Notes: generated by a model not told the origin, from the letters alone. A stretch of DNA of 64,000 bases from Amphiscolops sp. MND2022 (GCA_964187785.1 OZ076413.1:23126001-23190000); one strand, 5' to 3'; shown: positions 37,300-49,472, counted from the first letter of the stretch. Numbers and translations are program-made.

Positions 37300-37557
37300 G
37301 CCAAATGGTCAAGCAATGGTGGACTTGAAGCTGTGGTTTCAAAGAGACTTGCTCAAGGTCACAAAGGTCTGACTGCTCACCGTTGCTCTTTTTGTTTGCT
37401 TTTCGCCGCCAAATGCGTTATTTTTTGTCACTGACCATACCACTAAGCTAGGGATGAAAGACTTGCTTAAGGCCCAACAATGGTGAGTTGAGAGAGATTC
37501 GAACCTGTTACCGCCCCAGTACAGGTCGAATGCTCTAACCACTACGCCATGCTCCCC
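37300..37557 (-). mobile_element. tRNA-derived SINE remnant(s)
   Basis: Pol III A box TGGCGTAGTGG (37549-37539) and B box GGTTCGAATC (37505-37496). These are followed by CCTTAAGCAAGTC, and a second TGTGACCTTGAGCAAGTC at 37363-37346, both resembling the conserved central domain of CORE/Meta-type SINEs. Confidence 0.7.
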
Positions 37558-37929
37558 CTCAATTTTCAAAAGAAGTGACAACGCTAGGTTTTCGTTGAGT
37601 ACCTTCACACGGTCACAAAAGAAAACAACTGCGCGATAAGTTTCACTTGGAACAAAACTTTTTCGTACATATTCTTCTACTCTGTTCCACTTACAGGTCT
37701 GGAGCAAGAAAATTTCACAGTATTGCTATCCGTGGTTTTCTTCCCATTTGTCTATAAACATTCAAGTTAAAATTGCGAGCAAATGGAGTTTTAGTAAGGT
37801 CGCTGAAATCAATGCAACAACACATTTGAAACTTTTTAATGACTTATGTCGACTAATTTTGCCGATCTTCAGATTCAGAAGTTATCCAGACAAAAACTGC
37901 ACAGTTTGCACCTGAACTAATACAGTTAT

Positions 37930-40900
37930 TCTATAAAAATTGTTTCTCGCAGTCAAACTTGTTGTCATTTTGGTCGCTTTTCAGCAGATAACTACGATTC
38001 CACTGTTTCATTCGCTTCTGGGTTGGGGGAAGCTCAAAGCTTCAGAATCAGTAGTAAACACATCTGATAACGCTCCTTGGGTGTCATCTCTAGACTTAGA
38101 ACAGCCTTGCTCCAAGGAAGAGTAAGATCAAATGTCGGTCTTTGGACGACTTTGGACGACTGATTTTCGATCAGTCAAAATATTGCCCGTTGTCTGTTCT
38201 GTGACACGCAGCCGCTTGGACATCTTATTGTCTATTTCACTAGAAATATCCTCAAAAATCCTGTTCTGACAGGCCCTGGTTCTCATCAGCAATTGAGCTA
38301 ATGGTTTCAACAACGTCTTGGTCACTAGAAGAATTTTTCCTGAAGTTCCGCTTCTGAGTTTTTTTTGGGATGATCTAGAGTGAAAATTGTAGAGGCAGAT
38401 CAGAATTTTAATTGATGTAGCAATTTCCGAGTCCAGCAATGGATCCCGTTAGTCTGCCAAACGTGGATTTACAGAAAACAAAACTCGCAAATGCTCGCCA
38501 GAGACGAAGCAAAGTGTCAAATTCAAATTGGAATAATATGAATTGGAGTGCTGTGCTGCATCGGACAGTGTACTGACTGGGTAGTTGTTATTCGTATAGT
38601 CGTCAACAATGTTTATCTTGAGGAGGTCTACCAACAAAAGTAGTCTGTCGTTGGGCTTTCTCTGTGCAAAGATGGAGCTGGTATATTTGCTGAATGGCAA
38701 AGTAGTAATGATGCCGTAGTAATGCACGGAGATATATTGTGAGGCATGGCAGGCTCTGAAGGTACGCTGGTTGGTCATTTCCAGTAGTTAATTTTGTTTT
38801 GGAAACGTGGTTAAAACCGATGTCTAGCCGGTGTCGCGAGAAAACGTCCTTGCATTCGACCATGATTTCTTCGATGACTTTCAGGTCTCTGTCGTCCAAT
38901 TGAGAATCATCCCATTTTAAGTTTTAAAGGAAATTTTGTCGGTCTTCAATGCTGTCTTTGTGTTTAGTTTTTGGATAGTTTCGAGCTCTTCAATCTCTCG
39001 GAGACTTCTTTGTTTTATGGGCGTTTGTTGACGGGTCACCCGGGTTAGATAGTGTTAGTTACTCTAATGTTGGTGAGTCTCTGGCTTCACGATGGTTTTG
39101 AGCAACTCGTTTACGTATCGAAAGGCCTGCTCAGCATCATCTTCCGTCAAGATTTTCAGTGCTGCGGAGGATAGTGGTCGAAGTGGTTTAGCTTCGGAGG
39201 GCGACATTTTAGTGAATTGCACAACCGACGTATCCTTCTTGAGGGTTGAGGGTAATATCAAGGTGTCCGTGATTCTAAACTCCAGAGTGGATTTTTACCG
39301 TAGACAGGGAATTGGCAATTTACGTCTGGGTTGTCTTCTGTGAGCGAAGGCATAAATGGATCATGAATGAACATGAATGATTGTTCCTGTCTTGTCTGCT
39401 TTTGACTGGAGGTTCAGGACAGCTACTATTTTGGTGCACGGTCCGGGAGGAGTGTTTTTTGGGTACGGACCAGGACCTTATTTGTTGTGGGTGGATTTTC
39501 TCATTGTTGAGTTTATGGCGTATGTAAGGTGTATGAAGTGCTGTAGTCCCTGGCTTACATCGAAGATGGCGCTGCTGATTTTGAGGAACATCAATCCCAG
39601 TTATTTTGGTTGCAACAACGAAGCTTTTCTTGAACGTCCAGTAGCCGATTTCAAACTGTAGCTGGATCGCTCGAGTAGGTGTTTCAATATTGCCATTGGC
39701 GACTTGTAGTTTGAAGTTCGGTGGATCGGCTTTGATTATGTTGTCGGGGATCGTTTTTAGTTTTTCGGTATTCGCTTCCAGCAAGGCAGCTCACTAGTGT
39801 CTCCCAGAATCTATGAGGGCGTCCATAGGGAGGTGGGTAAAGTGCCAACAGCATTTGTCGCTTCTGTTTGAGACCTATTGCGGAAAACAGCGACAGGTTA
39901 TTTTCCCGTTGGATGGGTCTGTGGTTTTTTGTTCTGCTTTTTGTGTTACACTTGAGATTAGCAGGATGTCTCTCTCTGACGTTAGTTCAGTATTAGACTG
40001 TGCTGTCTTTTTGTGTTTATTTTTTGTGTCAGTGTATGTTTGTGCTTGATTCAACTAACACGTGAGGGCTCTTTAGATCCTCCAGGTTCTGTTGAGGGTA
40101 ATTACTGTGCTTTGTTGATCGGGGGCAATTGATGGGTCCCTGGTTTTGATTGTTTTCATCAAAGGAGGTGAAATTTGATCAAGTTGGCTCAAATGTCTAG
40201 GTTCGTATTGATGTTATGGGACTGCAGTGTGGTGTTGACGGAAACGATGTCCTCGCTGCCCGGATTTCTTGGTTTGGTGCTAGTAACATTTGTGGTGTCC
40301 GTAGGGTTGTCGTTTGATGGTGAGGTTCAGCGAGGATGATGGTAATAGAGTAGTAGGTAGTGGGGATCCCATGACTACAATCTCCGGGTCGTATTCATCA
40401 TGGGGTTCGGTGGATATACGTTGTCGTTTTTGTTTTTCCGTCCGGATATGGTTTGTCTGGAAGTTAGAGAGGTTTGGTCGAAGATGTCCCGGGTGGCAGT
40501 CGTAGTCTGGGTCGAACATGTAGGTTTCTAGGGGTTGCTAGAAAACAAGGGACTTCTGCTTGAATTGTACAGTTGGGGGTTTTACAAAAACCAATCTGGA
40601 CATTGAACTTTGTCGATGTTGTTCTTGTTATACTTAATCAAGCGTCTAATTATAAACCTTTACGGGTTTTGATATTGTGGAATGCTCGTTAACAATATTG
40701 TCCCGAACCGAAGACGTGGCGTTTGATTGATGTGAGTGTTGTGCCGCCGTTTGCGGTTGTTGAGATGTAGCAATATTGGAGTTTGTGTTCCCGGGATGTT
40801 ATTGGGTGCCGTTGTTTTCGGTGTTTGCCACGACGTGGGGCTGTTTGCCCAGTTTGCTCCGAGGTAGCAGTCGCTGGTCTCATGTCTTAAAATGCCGCAT

Positions 40901-43900
40901 GTTGCAAAAGGATATGTTTTAGTCGAGTTTGGAGGTTTCTGGGATAGTTTGTTCCTGTTGGCCTTGCAGCAGTTGCGCAGGAGATGGTCATGGTTAGCAC
41001 ATCCAAAGCAGGGTCCCGCCGTTTTTGGTAGTTTGTCTGATGCTGGTTGTTGGTTCGTTTAAACTTGGTGGATCCCCGTTAGCCAGACACCAAGTACAAC
41101 CATTTTGAAATTTTGTATCGTGAAAAAGCTGAAACACTCGTGCGATATTTGATTGTTTTCATCAGTCAATCCGATATCTAAAATACTACACTTTAATCTC
41201 AATTCTACCGGATGTTTTATTCAGAATAAATAACGTTCTTTGGTTTCTATCAGACAATCCACTGGATGACATCTTTGAGTTTTCGGGACCAAATGTTTTG
41301 GAATATTCCCGTAATTTGTCCAATTTATCGCCCGGCAAGGCCATTTAATTCAGTCTCACGTTCTAGGTGTTGTACCATCATTTCATAAACTTTTGGTTCA
41401 ACTCCACCTTTGTTTAGGACACGTTTGAGGTGCGGGGGCATTTTTGCGTAGAAGGACGTTTCTTTTAATTTGGGAGCGTCCTCTGTGTCTGCCTCTAAAG
41501 CGAGCCTCCGTTACTGTTCCAAAAAGTCCGGGACCATTTGTTGGTTTGAGTAGGTTTGAAGGATAAGTTCTCGCATTTACAACGTGCTCTTGCGATTGAT
41601 TGAGCTACCTTCGAGGGAATCCTCACACTATGTCGTTGAAGTGGCCTCGGGTTGCATTTGGCATATTCCTGAAGGTCTAGATGGCCTCTCACCTAAGGAG
41701 GGAGTAGAAATAGTGAACCTTCTCTTCCTCAATGCTGTTCTCGTAGACATTGAGGCTAGTTAGGAAGAGGTCCTCAAAATTGTCAAACTTGTCACTTTTT
41801 CCGTCGCTGGTTGGATGTTGGCACTGTTGTCGACATCGCCTTGGGCAGTCTTTTGGCCCCTGAGTTGTGCTGCAATGCATTTTGGAGGTGTTAACGCAGA
41901 TTTTCCAGGAATTTCTCTGAGTATTTTTGATTTGGAGGTGGCAAACTTGAAGATCGTTGGTGAGTACCCTTGTGATGCTCGGTAGCCAGTCCTGTCATCA
42001 ACCTAGAAATAACGTTTGCAGTTACGTTAAAATCTTCAGAATCGATAGTTAAAAAATCTGATAACCTTCCTTGTGTGTCATCTCTGGAGTTAGAACAACC
42101 TTGCTCCAAGGAAAAGCAAGATAAATTGTCATTTTTGGACGACTGATTTTCTATCAGTCAAATTTGTTTCAGTTGTCTGTGTTGTGCCACGCAGCCGTTT
42201 GAACATTTTAATTTCTATTTTACTAAAAAAATTATATCATCAAAAATCCTGCTCTGACAGGCAATTGAGCTAAGCAATTGAGCTAAGCGATTGAATAATT
42301 CTCATCAGCAATTGAGCTAATAGGTTCAGCCACGTTTTGGTCACTAGAAAATCTTTCCTCAAATTCTTCTTCTGAGTCTTTTCTGGGATGTTCTCAAGTG
42401 AAAATTGTAGAGGCAGAAAAAAATTTTATTTGGTGGAGCAATTAACGTTTCCAGCAATGAACCCGGTCATTCTGCCAAACTGGGACTTACAGAAAACTCG
42501 CGAATGCTAGTCAAAGAGGAAGCAAAGTAACAAATTCAAATTGGAATAAAACAATTTAGAAAGCTGTGCTGCGTAGGACAATGTACTGACCGCGTAGTTG
42601 TTATTCGTTCAGTCGTCAACAATGAGTATGTTTATCTTGCGGAGGTATACCAACAAAAGTAGCCTGTCGTTGGGCTTTCTCTGTGCAAAGATGGAGCTGG
42701 CATATTTGCTGAATGGCAAAGTCGTAATGATGCCATAGTATTGCACGGAGCTCTATTGTGAGGCATGGCAGGCTCCGAAGGTACGCTGGTTGGTAGTTTC
42801 CAGTAGTTAATTTTGTTTTGAAAACGTGGTTAAAACCGATGTCTAGCGGGTGTTGCGAGAAAACGTCACTGTATTCCACCAGTATTTCTTCGATGTCTTT
42901 CAAGTCTTTGTCGTCCAATTGAGAATCAACCCATATAACGTTTTAGAGGACTTTTATCGGTCTTCAATGCTGTCTTTGTGTTCAGTTTTTGGATAGTTTC
43001 GAGTTCTTCAATCTCTCGGAGACTTCTTTGTTTTATGGGCGTTTGTTGACATGTCACCCGGGTTAGATAGTGTTAGTTACTCTAATGTTGGTGAGTGTCT
43101 GGCTTCACGGCGGTTTGAGCAACTCGTTTACGTATGGAAAGGCCTGCTCAGCATCATCTTCCGTCAAATTTTCAGTGCTGCGGAGGATAGTGGTCGTCGA
43201 AGAGGTTTAGCTTCGGAGGGCGACATTTTAGTGAGTTGCGCAACCAACGTATTCTTTTTGAGGGTTGAGGGTAATATCGAGGTGTCCGTGATTTTAAATT
43301 CCACAGTGGATTTTTACCGTAGACATGGAATTGGCTATTTACGTGTAGGTTGTCTTCTGTGAGCGAAAGCATGAGTGGATCATGAATGATTATGAATGAT
43401 TGTTCCTGTCTTGTCTGCTTTTGACTGGAGGTTCAGGTAAGCTTCTATTTTGGTGCACGGTCCGGGAGGAGTGTTTTGGGTACGGACAAGGACCTTCTTT
43501 GTGGTGGTTGGATTTTCTTCGTGTTGAGTTTATGGCGTTTGTAAGGTGCTGGAAGTGCTGCAGTCCCTGGCTCACATCAAAGATGGCGCTGCTGATTTTG
43601 AGGAACACCAATCCCAGGATGGGCCTCGTTATTTTGGTTGCAACAACGACGCTTTTCTTAAACGTCCAGTAGCCGATTTCAAACTGTAGCTGGATCGCTC
43701 GAGTAGGTGTTTCAATATCGCCATTGGCGACTGGAAGTTTGAAGTTCGGTGGATCGGCTCTGATTATGTTGTCGGGGATCGTTTTTAGTTTTTCGGTAAT
43801 CGCTTCCAGGAAGGCAGCTCACTAGTGTCTCCCAGAATCTTTGAGGGCGTCCATAGGGAGATGGGTAAAGTGCCAACAGCATTTGTCGCTTCTGTTTGAG

Positions 43901-45366
43901 AGCTATTGCGGAGAACAGCGACAGGTTATTTTCCCGTTGGATGGGACTGTGGTTTTTTGTTCTGCTTTTTGTGTTACACTTGAGATTAGCAGGATGTCTC
44001 CCTCTGACGTTAATTCAGTATTAGACTGTGCTGTCTTTTTGTGTTTATTTTTTGTGTCAGTGTATGTTTGTGCTTAATTCAACTCATACGTAAGGGTTCT
44101 TTTGATCGTCCAGGTTCTGTTGAGGGTAAATACTGTGCTTTGTTGACGGGGGCAATTGATGGGTCCCTGGTTTTGATTTTTTTCATCAAAGGAGGTGAAA
44201 TTTGATCAAGTTGGCTCAAATGTCTAGGTTCGTATTGATGTTATGGGACTGCAGTGTGGTGTTGACGGAAACGATGTCCTCGCTGCCCGGATTTCTTGGT
44301 TTGGTGCTAGTAACATTTGTGGTGTCCGTAGGGTTGTCGTTTGATGGTGAGGTTCAGCGAGGATGATGGGTATTAGAGTAGTAGGTAGTGGGGATCCCAT
44401 GACTACAATCTCCGGGTCGTATTCATCAGGGGGTTCGGTGGATGTAGGTTGTCGTTTTGTATTTCCGTCCGGATATGGTTTGTCTGAAAGTTAGAGAGGT
44501 TTGGTGGAAGATGTCCCGGGTGGCAGTCGTAGTCTGGGTCAAAGATGTAGGTTTCTAGGGGTTGCTGGAAAATAAGGGACGTCTGCTTGAATTGTACAGT
44601 TGGGGGTTTTACAAAACCCAATCTGGACATTGAAGTTTGTCGATGTTGTTCTTGTTATATTTACTCAAGCGTCTAATCATAAACCTTTACGGGTTTGGAT
44701 ATTGTGGAATGCCCGTTAACGGCATTGTCCCGAACCGAAGACGTGGCGTTTGATTGATGTGAGTGTTGTGCCGCCGTTTGCGGTTGTTGGGATGTAGGAA
44801 TATCGGAGTTTGTGTTACCGGGATGTTATTGGGTGCCGTTGTTTTCGGTGTTTTCCGCCACGACGTGGGGCTGTTTGCTCAGTTTGCTCTGAGGTAGCAG
44901 TCGCTGGTCTCATGTCTTAAAATGCCGCATGTTGCGAAAAGATATGTTTTAGTCGAGTTTGGAGGTTTCTGGGATAGTTTGTTCCGGTTGGCCTTGCAGC
45001 AGTTGCGCAGGAGATGGTCATGGTTAACACATCCAAAGCAGGGTCCCGCTGTTTTTGGTAGTTTGTCTGATGCTGGTTGTTGGTTCGTTTAAACTTGGTG
45101 GATCCCCGTTAGCCAGACACCAAGTACAACCATTTTGAAATTTTGTATCGTGAAAAAGCTGAAACACTCGTGCGATATTTGATTGTTTTCATCAGTCAAT
45201 CCGACTTATAATGTACTACACTTTAATCTCATTTCTACCAGATGTTTTATTCAGAATAAATAACGTTCTTTGGTTTCTATCAGACAATCCCACTGGATGA
45301 CATCTTAGAGTTTTCGGGGCCACATGTTTTGGAACATTCGCGTAATTTGCCCAATTTGCCCCCGGC
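37930..45366 (-). mobile_element. Two head-to-tail, internally deleted Ty3/Gypsy copies (~38038-42030 and ~42031-45366)
   Basis: Near-identical ORF pairs (39813 vs 43841). Protease region and RT NYPVSTLSDAAQH followed in both units by the same large deletion. Gag EKVHYFYSLLR at ~41700. Confidence 0.88.
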
Positions 45367-45417
45367 ATTGTCGACACACTTGATAAAATGTTGAATAGTT
45401 TTCGAAATCTTGTCGAC

Positions 45418-45854
45418 CCTGGTTGGAACTGCTTGAACTTTTTACTTGAAAAATTTCATGAATGTTGACTTTCGCAGCAGATCTGTATTAAAGTTTGAAA
45501 TCCAATATTATATAGTGTGGTATTTCAATTTTTAATACAGATCTGTCGAATTTCACGTGATTCAAACAATTGAAACCCATCAAAAGAATTCATTTCCCTT
45601 AATTGAACATATATGTTCAATTAAGGGAAATGGATTCTTTTGATGGGTTTCAATTGTTTGAATAAGGTGAAACTTGACGGATCCATTAAATGGGTATTAA
45701 ATGGATCCTATACATTGGCCGTCACTGATGCAGAGTCACCTTTTGAATGAAACCTCATTACGGATTACGGAATACAGCAACCACTGACATAGTTCCTCGT
45801 TGGTTGGAATACTTGATTTTGAATAGCCTGGTTGGAACTGCTTGAACTTTTTAC
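45418..45854. repeat. Cluster of nested inverted repeats bounded by a 28-bp direct repeat
   Basis: CCTGGTTGGAACTGCTTGAACTTTTTAC at 45418-45445 and 45827-45854. 15-bp IR at 45478-45492 / 45531-45545. 104-bp palindrome at 45560-45663 (1 mismatch), centred on CATATATG. Confidence 0.92.
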
Positions 45855-46661
45855 AAGTTTTTGTAGGCTACCAAGCTAATTTTTCATGATTTTATAAAAT
45901 TCTCAAGGAAACGTCCATGCATTAAAACTTCACTGATGCAATTTAAATTTATCATGCTGCCTATAAGATGCATCCTAAATTTGGCGGCAATTCTGAGCCG
46001 CGAAGTTTTGCAGGTTTCACAAAGACGCCGTTCTAATTTTGAAAGCAGCTGAGACCGTCATCGATTTTACCGCGGTTTCAATGCAAATAAATTTCAGTCG
46101 CATTATATGTTTCAAAGTAGCGTCATATTCAGCGTGCTATTTGACTAACGGTGTTTACACAAGGTACTTACTTGAGAAATTTACGCGTGAAAACAAAGTG
46201 ATTGCGTTGGTGAAGAAGTGGAATTGTTTCCAGTTTTAATCCAAATACTGGAAGCTGCATAGTAATCCTACAAAGTGTTTCCATGCATGGTCCATGAATT
46301 TTCCATGTTTTATAAAAAAAACTAGCCGGCATTTTTTGAAGGTGCATGTGAAACTTCGCGGCAACTTAGACTAGGGGAGACACTCGGTATCCGATATTCC
46401 GGAATTTCTCATCTTTGTCAACATTGTCAACCACACCAGGATCCTGGTAAATTCTGAAACTGCTGCCAAAATTTTTCGTTCTCGGGTTTCTTTTTTAATT
46501 TTTGACTCCAATCCATTTTTTCATTGGATAAACGTATTAGTGCATTCGGGCACAAACAACCATAAATATGAAAATTAATCCTGTAATAACTGCCACGCCG
46601 ACGTTTTCGGTCAACCGTTTTTGATGTTGCCCAGTCATCAGAATGATTGTCAATTCAGCTA

Positions 46662-47100
46662 TTTTTTTAGTCGGCGCTTTTTGTGACAAAAATGCCCGAC
46701 ACTTACAGAGGAAAGTTTTTTTTAGCGAACTGAATGGTCCACTTCTTACAGACTTTATGCCTAAGTTCTAAAAGGTATGCAGAACAAAATGTCCCCCTTG
46801 GGGTTTTTTTTCATAGTTTTCGAAAGCGTTTTTGGAGCGTTGAGGATCCCCGTAGGATTTTCATACTGTGTGTTGTTTCCAAGAAATTTAGTTAGAGAAA
46901 AGCGTTCTCCGAGCACGGAAGGCTCCCTTTGGGTATTTTGGCATCACTTTTATGCTCGTGAGCATGCTTTGAAATCACAAAAATTGTTATCAAAAGTTGA
47001 TCCTCGGTTACATTTGCAGAAAACAGAAGAATTGATTTTTTGTTTGCGCTTCGTGAAGTGAATGTATCTTCAGTTTCCGAATCTGTTACTTTGAACAAGA
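46662..47100 (+). mobile_element. 5' part of Helentron-like repeat
   Basis: T7-AGTCGGCGC...GCCCGACACTTACAG matches the end of the 19261-19786 copy. The right boundary is approximate. Confidence 0.55.
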
Positions 47101-47127
47101 TATGATTTCATCTGGTCTTTTTTACAG

Positions 47128-47472
47128 ATTGCGGAGACTCTGCATTGGGCCAAATGATGTGCGAACTATGCTACATGCAATTCTATGGTCTGCATAAAAC
47201 AATGGATGAAGTCTCCAAAATTTGTTTGTCGGAAAAAGAAAACACAAAAGCGCCCTTGAATTGTTGGGAAACTGATTTCGATGAAAGCGTTCCAGAAAAA
47301 CTTGGGAAGTTGGGGAAGAATATTAGGCCAATTTATTTGCACAAGAGGCGTTTTTCGTCATGTGATCGTAAATCAGAAACAACAGAAAAACCAACAGAGA
47401 TAATAACAACAATCGAGGATACTACGACTGGTGTTCACGCAATCGCTACACCAATCAGAGCGCCCAGTCAAG
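47128..47472 (+). CDS. Symmetric phase 1-1 exon, Cys-containing module plus Thr-rich linker
   Basis: Acceptor tcttttttacAG, 115 open codons (CGDSALGQMMCELCY...TTEKPTEIITTIEDTTTG), donor CAAG|GTAAGA. Confidence 0.75.
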
Positions 47473-48149
47473 GTAAGAAAATCTATTGATAATCTATTTT
47501 TGTCAAGAAGAAACAACAGAAATAACCTCACTCAGCGCCTCGATTGTACATAGTGTTTATAGGTTTGCCATATGAAACTCCATGAAAAAAACTATTGGAA
47601 ACTATTATTTGAATAGCAGTTTGTATTCTTACTTGTCACTGTGAAAGTTTAGATTTTTTCTGCAAGAGAGCGACGATTAAGAACACTGGTATCCTCGAAG
47701 AGGTGTTTTAGACATTTGAGCCTAATTATATGATTACTGGAACCATATATTGAAATATCAAATTTGGTTATGCAAAGGCAGGTTTCGTTTGGTTATATCA
47801 AAGCTGTCAGGATCGTCCTTCGAGTAGTTCTTCGTTCATCATCAAAAAGACACAAAAATTGTCGCAACGCCCGAGGAGTGATGTCTAGAAGTCTAGTGTA
47901 AGCACTTCGAATATTTTTACCAACAGCTACATATTGATCAGTTTTTTTACCCGTGTTTGCAAGTTGGCAGGTAGCAAAAATCAGTACGAAGATGAAAAAT
48001 AATGCACAGAGACTCAAGAAATTATGACACTGAATACAGCATTTCACGCTGAATGCCGAATTTTCACGAAATTCTTATAAAATAGCAAAGTGTTCGTCTT
48101 TCAAAATCAGAGAGAAAATGGAAAATGAATGAATAATTTTTTTTGCTTT

Positions 48150-48501
48150 TAGGTTGTTTTGGCACTCTGCCATTTTTTTCCAAAAAGACATCTCTTTTCC
48201 AAAAGGGTTCCTCTTGGTTTTCTGGGTATGTTTAGTAAAAAAAACTTTTCAAAACCAAAAGGTCTCTCCTTTGGATTGTTCGGTACAGTGCAACATTTTT
48301 AGGGAGAATTTTCATTTCACAGAAGGGTTCTTGCCTTTGTTTTTTTTGCTGAAAAATTGATCTTCTGGGGTTCCTGATGAGAATAAAGCAAAAAAACCCT
48401 GGAGAGAATCCTTGACCAAAAAAGAATCGCTGTTGCTTTGAAGTACTTTTGCTGTTTTTGAGCCTTGAGCGGGGTGCCGGCTTCTGCCGATCCCGATTGT
48501 T
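48150..48501 (+). mobile_element. 3' part of Helentron-like repeat
   Basis: GGTGCCGGCTTCTGCCGATCCCGATTGTT aligns with GGCGCCGACTTGGGCCGTTCCCGGTTTGTT, the end of the 19.3-kb copy. The left boundary is approximate. Confidence 0.5.
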
Positions 48502-49059
48502 CGAAAAACCTAGTTAGTTCAAGAAAAACTTAGTATAAAAATTTCAGTTACTTCCGTGGAATTCCTCAAAGACTTACGCTGCAGTTTTCAATTTTGACAT
48601 CAAGAATTAAAAATTTTCCACGCTTCTTCAACTGGCACTACAACTTGTCTCCGCTCCTCGATTTCTCAACTATTACTTTGCTCAACTGCCTCTCATATAT
48701 CATACTGAAGATAATGCTACTTAAAAATTTATATCGCGACTGGAATCACTGAATTGAAAGTTTTCACTAAAATGGCCGTAAATCAGAAGAAATTTTGGCT
48801 GCATATAAAATTGAAGCAGATACATTACAAAGTTTGTGAAACTTCAAAGGTTCGACAACAACTCCAATTTTCTAATGAACTTTTCTAGCAACTGATAGAA
48901 GTCGAATTCAACAGGAAATTTTTTCGCTTGGAAGTACTCGTAAGAGTTTTCGGAAATAAGAGTAAAAGTTCTTGGCAATTTGAACAAGGAGATTTTTTAA
49001 TTGAACAATGAAAATGGAGAAACTCAGGCTCGCATGTAGAAAAACAACATGGAGAAAAT

Positions 49060-49470
49060 GTCAAACAACACGCCCGCTGTGCACCGGGATAATTTCCGCC
49101 TTCAATTGACTATTGATAAATAGACGCTTGATCGAAAATTTACCTCCTTGGCAAAACGCAATTTACGTCGGATGTAACGTCAAAACTGGTATATAGCCTA
49201 TATATTTTCGAACAATATGCTTTGTCTTTAGTAGAACACAATTAACTTCGAATTTAACGTCAAAAGTTTGGTTGTAGCGTGCTGGTACAAATGGGAGAGC
49301 ATTTTTTGAATCTCTGCCTCCTTCTTAGTAAAATGCAATATATTTCGGACATAACGTCGAAATAGCGCAATATTTTCGAATTTTCGCTTCCTACTTAGTA
49401 AAACCCAAATTAATTCGTATATAAAAACGCAATCTACTTCGTATATTAGTAAAACGCAATTTACTTTGTA
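49060..49470 (+). repeat. Dispersed repeat with internal (TTAG)TAAAACGCAAT-like subrepeats
   Basis: Homologous to 18420-18620. The subrepeat recurs at ~49150, 49325, 49395 and 49447. Confidence 0.6.
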
Positions 49471-49472
49471 TA

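Noticed and set aside
37490-37557. tRNA gene
   Set aside because: A and B boxes are present, but I could not form an acceptor stem or anticodon arm and it runs into a SINE-like body.
39813-40049. Hydrophobic + strand ORF (also 43841-44077) as a membrane-protein gene
   Set aside because: It is the antisense shadow of the Gypsy gag/protease region, duplicated with the repeat unit.
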